In this document: positions 18,702-27,047 of the stretch, piece after piece
Numbering within the stretch: the stretch's first letter is position 1
Layout: every line of letters begins with the position of its first letter
Origin: a bacterium
Lineage (GTDB): Bacteria; SAR324; NAC60-12
Assembly (NCBI GenBank): GCA_965233585.1
Contig: CBDDTI010000058.1
Location: forward strand, 1 to 27,047
Direction of reading: 5' to 3'
DNA length: 27,047 nucleotides
Notes under the pieces: model-generated
The model's database searches: none
What the model was told of the DNA's origin: nothing
What the model saw: the letters and a program-made list of their open reading frames with translations, nothing else
Position numbers and translations under genes: made by a program

Positions 18702-18974
18702 TTATCTTAAACGCGATTCATTAATATCATCTTCTGTTTCATCATTATCAAACGAAGAGGGGCAGAGGGTTGCAATAATTAAACACAAAAACAAATAAAT
18801 TACAAGTACCGTCAACAAAATTCGAGTTAAGGTTCTTGAATTATCCATTGATAAAAGTTCATCCATTGTGTTAATTACAATCCTGTTAACAGCAGCATTT
18901 GATGAGATGTTGGGGACTGCGGTGACGTTTAACACCTCTGCCACTTGATAATTGTCTTCGCGGGAGGGAGTCAT
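18702..18974 (-). CDS. Small single-pass membrane protein
   Basis: 90 aa with the hydrophobic segment ILLTVLVIYLFLCLIIATLC. ATGA overlap with the upstream ORF. Confidence 0.6.
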   Translation of the reverse strand: MTPSREDNYQVAEVLNVTAVPNISSNAAVNRIVINTMDELLSMDNSRTLTRILLTVLVIYLFLCLIIATLCPSSFDNDETEDDINESRLR

Positions 18975-19627
18975 TCTTGTATTTCGAATTCTAGAGAGGC
19001 GGCCGCGGAGTATTTGGAGCGGTCGTAATTCTGCGGATTAACATAAACCCCATCTTCTAACATGCCTGTAATTTCCTTCTTTGATTTTCTCACTTGCCTT
19101 GTCATTAGTCGAAATTTCTCAATTGATCTCTCCAATAACTTTTCTTCTTTGTGAGCATCTTCTCGAGCCATATCAATTGGAAAACTCATTTTGAGTTTTT
19201 CAAGCTCGAAAACAAGATAAGTCACATTAGCCATCAAATTTTCTAAAACGCTCTTAACGTGGTAAGACTTTTGGTGCGTCAACGGAGACCAATAATTACT
19301 ATTTGGCACAATGTAGGACATTGAGTTTTGTGGTTCCATTTTTGGTTGATCTTCATCCTCAATCCAAGCATCTGTGGGCTGAGTTTCGGGGAACGGGGGG
19401 ATGATTGATTTATAGTCATTCAAATCGCTCATTTCAGTTGGCTGAGTTTCCGGGAACGGGGGGATGATTGGTTTATAACCATTCAAATCGCTCATTCCAG
19501 CCTCAATGTTTAAGTTGGTCGACTGATTATCGTTTTTCATCCAGGTATTGCTGAACTGGGTTTCCGGGTATTGTGGAATGATTGATTTATAACCAGCCAT
19601 GTCTCTAATTCCAGTTTCGTCAGTCAT
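18971..19627 (-). CDS. Hypothetical protein with three YKxIIPxxPETQ repeats and a helical C-terminus
   Basis: 218-aa ORF. 63-bp tandem units start at 19377 and 19440, with a third copy near 19557-19610. A TATA box lies upstream. Confidence 0.7.
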   Translation of the reverse strand: MTDETGIRDMAGYKSIIPQYPETQFSNTWMKNDNQSTNLNIEAGMSDLNGYKPIIPPFPETQPTEMSDLNDYKSIIPPFPETQPTDAWIEDEDQPKMEPQNSMSYIVPNSNYWSPLTHQKSYHVKSVLENLMANVTYLVFELEKLKMSFPIDMAREDAHKEEKLLERSIEKFRLMTRQVRKSKKEITGMLEDGVYVNPQNYDRSKYSAAASLEFEIQE

Positions 19628-19654
19628 GATGTTGTTTTTTCAAGTGATAATTTT

Positions 19655-19692
19655 GAAATGTGAAAAAATGAGAAGATCAAGTCGTTTATATA
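19655..19692 (-). promoter_or_regulatory. Candidate TATA box and initiator for the 218-aa gene
   Basis: Minus-strand TATATAAA (19692-19685) lies 31 nt before the first A of TCACATTTC (19661). Confidence 0.55.
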
Positions 19693-20284
19693 CTTTATTG
19701 CCAAAGAAATTTCTAGAAAAGACTAGAAAATGGAAAAGACTGGAAAAAATCGTGGTCAGTTTAAAAAATTCATTTAGGAAAAAAATTAAAAATTGCATGA
19801 CAAAATACCGACAAACCTAATTGTGTTATTAATGATGTGAATTTTCTGGGAAATGGGGCTTTCTCTGGAATGGGGTAAAATTCGGAAAAGAGAAGAAGAA
19901 CAAAAGAAAGACATCTGCTTTGCACAAAAACTATCTAGAAAACTCCAGAAAAAATCGCGGTCAGTTCAAAAATTTTTTTGTAGAATTGTAATTGCATGAC
20001 AAAATATCAAGGAACCAAACAGTTTTGCAAAAAAAAAAATCAAATGTTTCAACGACTTGTGTGCAAAATTAAAAAACACAATTGAATAAATTAAGGATAA
20101 AAACGATTTGTGCATAAAAACAAAAAAAAAAAAAAACACGATGGAATAAATTAATGATTAAAAATTACTTGGTGATTGAAAACATTACAGCAATAAAAAT
20201 TACTAAAGTCTTTTAAAATTTTTAATTAATAAGAACATTGCAACATTGACTATAACTAAAGAGAAAAACTTTGCTCTTTTTATT

Positions 20285-20782
20285 ACATTTACTCGAGTAT
20301 GAACCGCTAACATTCTAATGCCCTGATCTAAATTTTTACGCGTGCGATAAATTTGAGGTCCGTGCATCAGGAAAAGTAATGCAGGCATGACAAAATTTGA
20401 TGCTGGCGTAACAAATTTAATGCCAGCATAAACTTTTTCATGCTGGCATTAAACGAAGCAATGCAGGCACCAGACTTTTTACGCACGCACAAAAAATTTT
20501 GTGGCTGCATTACATAAAGCAATGCCTGCATTAGATGAGACAATGCAGGCACAAAAAATTTTGTGCCAGCATTAGATGAACCAATGCGTGCATTGGGCAA
20601 AGCAATGCACGCACAAGAAAGAAGGATGCATTTAGGCGCGTTTAGGTTGTTTTAGGTTACATCAGTTGCCATTTTGCTTGCAACGAGGTCGCATCAGGAT
20701 GTTTTTAGATGAATTTAGGTCACATTTTTAAAATTCGAGATGAAATCGGGCCGAAAACACCTAATGTGCCGCTGATGTCATC
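20285..20782 (-). repeat. Right terminal inverted repeat
   Basis: Reverse complement of 510-1071, lacking about one 62-bp array unit. Confidence 0.95.
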
Positions 20783-21871
20783 TTTTTATTATTATTATTA
20801 TTACATTTTTTAGCGTTTGAAGACATGAAGCAGCTGTTTTGTTCTCGATTCATTTCATGGTATATTTGCGATGGTATGGCATTTAATAATAGCCATTGTA
20901 CCTACTTACACTACCTTTACGCATTTCTTGGCTAGCTTTATCCATAACACGCAACATGCCATGATGAACGCAAAATCAATAACGTTTCCAAGTCATTGCC
21001 AAAAAGCTGTTTGTTCATTATCATGAAAGCGATGAACGTACGTAAAATCAAACTCCAAATCTAAAGAAGAAAGTTTCACTGTTTTGAAGTGGGGTAATCC
21101 CCAGTGTTTCCACTTGCCTCCGGGCTTTTGACCCATGGGAGGTCTAGGGATGCTCCTGTACCCCACTTGACCATTACCTCACCCTTGGTCAACAGGTTGT
21201 GTTCCAGTCGCTGGAATTACAGGAGGTGCCAATCTCCCCACAAAGGTTGTCGTCTCGCTCTTGCCAGTAAGTTAATCATCAGAGAGAGAACCCAGGCTCT
21301 CACCCAAGTAGGCTGATTCAGAGCCTGCAACAAGCAACATCCCCATTCAGATGCTCTTTGTATTCCCAGTTTAATACTTACATGATACCTTCCCTCCTCT
21401 TTCCAACCTTGGCCCACAGCTGGGAAGTACCACTCTAACCTTTTTCCTACCAAACCCCTGAGTGTGTCACTGCCTGCTGATGCATGCGTAATGTCAATTG
21501 CAGGCTCTGACCCTATGTATCAGCCTTTCAACCAGAGTCCACATCCCCAGTGTAGGGTGAAAACACTGGGGATATGGTTGGCCCCGGGATTCGCAATACT
21601 GAAAAGTCTTTCAACTGAGGCAGACGAAGGCAACCACATATTGTACTTCATGTAAAGCTATTTTACTACTGAAAGCTTTAGGAGATCTTCTACCACTTGA
21701 ATTGAATCCCTTTTGGTGATTCTTCAACCTTATTCTCTTCCCTGCAATCCTCTTAACTCCTTTTTGAGAATTTGCAAACCATTCTTCTTGTCTGTTTCAC
21801 TGTCAATCCATTCAAATTCACCCCCACCAGCTGCCCCAAAGAACAAAAAAAATATTATATTCTTAAATGAT

Positions 21872-22006
21872 GATCGAGATCTTTAGAGAGAAGTAACTGT
21901 GAAGATCTCGATCAATTTGGATGAGGATACAGATCAGTTCACGATCATGAAAAAAGTGATCTAGATCATGATCGCCGATCAATGATCGCAGATCTTTAAT
22001 AGCCTG
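21872..22006. repeat. GATC-dense cluster, possibly a DNA-transposon or MITE end
   Basis: 12 GATC in ~125 bp, ending GATCTTTAATAGCCTG. The transposon interpretation is inferred. Confidence 0.5.
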
Positions 22007-23129
22007 CAGACAACTCACTGTTTGATCATATAATAGTTGTTCTGTTTGGCTTTCAAAAATGAGTATGGACAGGTATTGACAGATGAACGATCTGAGATAA
22101 ATACAACAAATTCAAGCAATCCAGCGTAAATATGACAAAGAAGGAAGTTGTGCTTTGGAAAAGAAAAAGGCCACGCTTCCCTGACTTGTGAATGGGACCG
22201 AGATGACAACTTCAACAAGTCTACGTCCGAGTGGAAGGCCAATAGCTCGTGAATGGGACCTGAGACAATAACTTCAACAAGTCTATCTTGAAGACTTGAA
22301 GGAAGAAAGACTGAAGAGAATACCAACTTCTCGGAGTCGAAAACAACTAACAAACAAATCTAATTCCGAAATTGACCGTGATTTGAAGTTGTATTTGATA
22401 ATAAATGTAATGTGTTTGGATATATTCAGTTTGAATGTATTGTTATAGTATTAGCAAGATTAACTATTTATATGACTATTTACTAAGTGACTAGCTATAT
22501 AATGACTTATAGTTTGACCAAGAGTTCAGTTCAAATATATTCTTTATATCACTTGGTTGTTGGTTCTTTTTCAGAGTAAGGGAAAAACCTTTAACTTAAG
22601 CAAATCTCTTTCAGTTTGAAATAGACAACTTGAACTTGGAACTTTGTCCCCATCAGAGGTAGTTCTTATCAGGAGATTAAAGCAATCGCTGTTTCCGAAG
22701 CAAAATTCTTTATATTCATCGATCGCGTCTGGAAATTCGAACCGATCTTCATTTTATATTTGTCAACGAAGTCTGGAAGTCCGAATTTCGGTAATTTAAT
22801 TGTTTTTGAAGTCGTGAAGTAGTTGTTGTTCTGTTTGGCTTTCAAAAATGGGCTTTCGAAAATAATGAACGAATCAAATTCCGAAATTGATAGCGATTTG
22901 AAGTTGTATTTGATAATAAATGTAATGTATTTGAATGTATTGTTATAGTAGTAACAAGATTTGTAGGATTTCTTTACTTGCCCTTTGTCCTTTAAGTATA
23001 GAAACCTAGATTTATATTGCATTCCGGAAGTGTAATTTCTCTTAGACCATCAATTAACTTTCACATCACGTATACGATCTAAACCATGAAAAGGGTTCAT
23101 ATCTCCACAAAAAAGTAATTGCTTAAAGT

Positions 23130-23675
23130 TGTTGCGTTGCGGGGCACAAAAAATATCACTAATAATCCCATAGGAAGATGACGTTACGAAGGGTTGGCAT
23201 TTATAACGATGATTTCCCCTCCGGTCTATTGATGTTTATTATGTCCAATACCGGTACACTTTCCAATATTTATTTTTGTAGCAATTCCTGATTTCACCTT
23301 TTTTTGCTCATCAATTTTAATAGTCATATATGCTCAGTGAATTTGCTTGTAATTATTTTATGCTCTACCCCTTCGGCCCCTTTCATCGAGCGTAAAATCT
23401 ACCCTACTTAAAAGAGTATATAAAGAGACCCTGATCAAGTCTTCTTCAGTCATTCATCCCCATTTCAGCAATTCGGTAGTCTTAAGTATTTCCCTCACAT
23501 AGTATTACAATAACACCTGTGTCGAACTTATTGTCAGTATAAGGTGAGAAAATACAACTAAGATAATACTTGCTCGAAATTGCGTGGCTCAAAAGGTATC
23601 ATTCTGAGTTTATTTTAGCTAGGTGCGAGTTTCCAAACTGGTCTGGTTTTGTATTCTCTGGAAAGATATCCAACA
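23130..23675 (+). repeat. Candidate 5' LTR
   Basis: TGTTG...CAACA ends, TATATAAA at 23417 with TCAGT 31 nt downstream, and a PBS following. The 5' boundary cannot be verified without the 3' LTR. Confidence 0.55.
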
Positions 23676-23677
23676 TT

Positions 23678-23690
23678 TGGAGCATCGGTC
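23678..23690 (+). other. Primer-binding site, tRNA-Gly-like
   Basis: TGGAGCATCGG lies 2 nt after CAACA. It resembles TGGTGCATCGG, the complement of an invertebrate tRNA-Gly(GCC) 3' end as recalled, with one mismatch. Confidence 0.5.
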
Positions 23691-23746
23691 TGTGAAGAAC
23701 ATCAATTCGGACTTATCAAATCTGATCCAACAAAGCCAACAACATC

Positions 23747-25805
23747 ATGGCTGAAGCAAGGCTCCAAGGTGATGAAGATGTGGAAGGTGGAGTCTCCACC
23801 GACCACGAGCTTGTTACTTCTGTCTACATGTTAGAAGGTAAATACTTCTCTATTTCCAAAGAGAGCCAGGAAACCATCCAACTGCTGTCGGAACAAATCA
23901 GAGAGGCATTACCAGACACCGGACAAAGGACAACAGACATGGAAAGGATCATCGACCGGGTTCAAACCCTGATGGCAACCAACTTCAGGGATATCAAAGG
24001 CGCCAAACGTCTCGAAGACAAGGTCAAAAGTCTCAGAACCACGCTAAGGAGAAGGATCACAGAGATGAATCAAAAGATTCTTCCAATGATTGAGATTAGA
24101 GACCCAACGGGAGACGGAGTGGAAGACATGATATCTGCTCTCAATGGAGCAGCGGTTGAACTTCAAAGACTGTTAATAGATGAAGCAGCCACAACCTTGA
24201 TTCTCCGCAGAGACATGACTCCAGAAGAAACAATTGTGGATGTTGTTAAGAGGAAAGACAGGATTGAAGTATCAAACGAACTCATCCAACACGCAAGAGA
24301 ATGGGTGAGTAAGTTTGGACCTGGAGAAAACAACCCAAGAGGAAAGCTGCAGGTGTTAGGATCAGCAGGAGTACCTGAGGGTGATACTGAGTACGACACC
24401 TCAGTTGCCAAACATACGGAAGACGATGATCAAGCCGAAAGAGCTGCTGAACAGGAGGCTATCCAACCTGTACAAAGAAGGGTTTCTCCCGAACCCAGCA
24501 AAAGACCGGTGACCACATCGACCCCACATGACCCAAACGCGCCGCTACCGTCGCCTCAAGCAATCCCGAGGATTGGTAGGGTGGTTAGTTTTGCGGGTGT
24601 CACAGATGAGAATGCACCAAGGGCAGGAGAAACTGCACCAAGATCAAGGATTAGGGATCCGGCTGGTCCGAAGCCAACTCTGAGGGCACACGAAGAGCAA
24701 TACTTTAGACTTCAGAACCAGAGTCAGACGGAACTACCGCTGTTACCAGATGATCTTACAGGCTCTGAATCTACAGAATTTTACACGGCGAACGACCAGA
24801 CCCTTAGATCCGCAGCTCACGACGATGGAGACAACGCCTTTACACAGGCCATCAAGAACCTCTCAAATAACCTGGTTATCCAGTATAACCAACCCTCTGC
24901 CAATGAGAAGGTTCCCAAGTTCGACGGGGATTACACCGAATGGAACGCCTTTTGGCAGGCGTTCACGGTCCTCGTCGACAAGAATCCCAAGGTACCAGTT
25001 ATTTCGAAGCTCAACAAACTCAACCAAGCTGTCAAGGGTGAGGCAGCTATGGTCATCTCAATGTTTGAGTTTGACGAGGAGAGCTACGAACTAGCAAAGA
25101 TGGCCCTTATCAACGAGTACGGGGATCCGGCACTTTGTGCTAACAAGATGTTGAGAGACCTTCAAAACCTCGAGAGAGTTAAAGCTAATGATTTTGAGGG
25201 TCTCCGTAACTTGCACGTTCGGAGTAAACAATTGGTTCTCCGTCTACAACGTTTGTATCCAACAATCCTGGACCAACCGATTCTTGTCTCTTCAACCATA
25301 GAGAATAAGATGAGTCGAGTGCTTGTACGAATGGGAGAAGGAGAATACCAAATGCAAGAGGGAATCGTTGTTACCACCTCCCCATAAGCATATCCAATGG
25401 ATCCTGAACTGGTTGGGTGACTACATTCAAACGAACAAACGATCTACCCTCAAAATGCATATGGGAGGCGAGAAGAGAAAAGGATCCACAGGAGGCAAAA
25501 CCAACGGAAATGGTGGTGCGATGCCCAAGTCTCTCAACAACTTTTACTTGATGCCGGAGCAGAAGATCCAATCAGAGCAATCGGATAAATGTATCTTCTG
25601 TGAGGGTAACCACTTCGCAGGCAAATGTAGAAAGAACCTTTCTGCTAACGCGGCTATAGAGAAGGCAAGAAAAGCTAAGGTTTGTCTTAATTGCCTTAAA
25701 CCGGGACACTTTGCGAGGGAATGTCAATTCAGCGGGTGCAAAGAGGTTGGATGCAACGGCAAGCATCATACCAGGTTGCATGGTGGTGACTTCAGATCCA
25801 AGTGA
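23747..25805 (+). pseudogene. gag: BEL/Pao gag, frameshifted near 25310-25325
   Basis: DUF1759-like VPKFDGDYTEWNAFWQAF in the 546-aa ORF. The knuckles CIFCEGNH..C, CLNCLKPGH..C and CKEVGC..HH..LH are in a different frame. Confidence 0.85.
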
Positions 25806-25853
25806 CAACCAGTCAGCCAGAAGCCATCTGAAAAGGACCGAATAATTAATAAG

Positions 25854-27047
25854 GTGATTAAAACCAATTCGCTTTTAGATGATGATTATCTTGTGCATCT
25901 ACCCATTGTCAGAGGCTTTTTGGCTGGACCCGTAGCGATTCCCGTAAACATCATGCTAGACACAGGTTCGACAGTAAATCTTATCAGCAAAAGACAGGTA
26001 GGCAGATTTATGATGAATTATAATATTGACGAAAGTTCTGTGTTTACCAAGGTAGCGGCGGAGTATGCGTTTACTCTAAATAGTGTAAATACATCGCGTA
26101 ATTGGGATTTGCAATTGTTACAATTTAAATTCACGTGACTTGCCAACTATTGGGGGGTTCGTTAAGGTTCTTGAAAAAGAGACATATATTCCTAAAGAAG
26201 GATTTTGCTTTGCTGTCCACAGTTTACGGATACGTTCCCTGTGGAAGCCAACAAGCAATGGTTTTGACGAAACCCGACCGTATGTACACACCTCCTTATT
26301 TTACATACCTTACGTCAACAGAGGCATTGACGAAAGCTATGGAGAAAATGTGGGAATTGGATAGATTACATATGGATGATTCTCCATCGCCGTTAACTAA
26401 AGATGAGATAATTGCGGTTTCCAAGATAAAAGACACATTGACTCTCCACAAAGACCTCAAACGGTTCATCACCGGGCTGTTGTGGAGAGCGTATCCAGAC
26501 CTGGTCAGCAATTACGCGAGTGCACGTAATAGGCTGGATTCGTTAATGAGAAAGTTGAGTCAAAATCCAGAGCTTAGGCACGCCTATCGCGAGGCTATGG
26601 AAGAGTATATCCGCAGCCAGGTGGTAGAAAGGGTTTGCGACCCGATCGCTGCCGATCCCAGCCGTACTAACGTTTATTATTTACCACATCGTGCTGTCTA
26701 TGATGCTTCCAGAGTTTCCACAAAATGCAGAATTGTCTTTGACGCCTCTGCGAAATCCCCGATCAAGAAAAGCCTTAATGACAATCTTGTTTGTGGCCCT
26801 CCACTGCAATTAAATATTTTAGCCATTGAACTTAGATTTCGAACTAAAAAATAAGCGTTAGTAGGGGACATAGGGAAAATGTTTTTGCAAATTAGGGTTA
26901 AAGAGGAAGATAGGGACGATTTAAGATTTTTGTGGAGGGATCCTGAGAAGCCAGGGGAACCGGAAGTTTGGAGATGGAACTCTCTGATTTTTGGGGCCGC
27001 CGATAGTCCGTTCCAGGCCATTACAGCCATTAAGACTTTGGTTCAAG
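25854..27047 (+). pseudogene. pol: BEL/Pao pol remnant (protease and RT)
   Basis: Protease IMLDTGS, then a frame break at ~26138. RT motifs YYLPHRAV, RIVFDAS and SLND..GP precede an in-frame TAA at 26852, followed by ALVGDIGKMFLQI...LRFLW...LIFG..SPF. Confidence 0.88.

Larger units (their letters stand above)
23130..27047 (+). mobile_element. Degenerate BEL/Pao LTR retrotransposon (5' part; continues beyond the window)
   Basis: Order is LTR candidate, PBS, gag, triple zinc knuckle, protease, Pao-type RT, with frameshifts and stops. Confidence 0.9.

Noticed and set aside
20203..20600. Short ORFs in the right TIR
   Set aside because: They derive largely from the repeat array and have no protein motifs.
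21090..21840. Possible decayed retroelement RNase H on the minus strand
   Set aside because: Only faint resemblances (ITHAS, NLLTKG) across broken frames; not supportable without a search.
21872..21995. Bacterial oriC/Dam-site cluster
   Set aside because: The context is eukaryotic, and no DnaA boxes or bacterial genes were seen.
22030..22965. Dispersed duplications (~22035/22825, ~22362/22878, ~22188/22250) and two minus ORFs
   Set aside because: The duplications are real but look like ordinary degraded repeat DNA. The ORFs have no motifs.

Overview
Eukaryotic DNA, probably from an invertebrate. It holds an apparently complete ~20.3 kb Polinton/Maverick (adintovirus-like endogenous dsDNA virus, ~510-20782) bounded by long terminal inverted repeats (TIRs). 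The element has the core genes: protein-primed PolB split by four GT-AG introns, A32-like packaging ATPase, adenain-like protease, retroviral-type integrase, major and minor capsid proteins, and small basic core proteins. The standout is an adjacent pair of its own general transcription factors, a TBP-like and a TFIIB-like gene, head-to-head with two tandem paralogous major capsid genes; no RNA polymerase is encoded. Other oddities are a penton ORF with two jelly-roll-like domains, a three-exon acidic protein with a probable GC-AG intron, a -1 frame break in the PolB N-terminus, and a helically phased TGCnnGCA array in the TIRs. The left flank is a BEL/Pao protease frame cut off at the TIR. 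The right flank is host or repeat DNA followed by a degenerate BEL/Pao LTR retrotransposon (~23130 to the window end). All protein calls come from motif recognition by eye; no searches were run.
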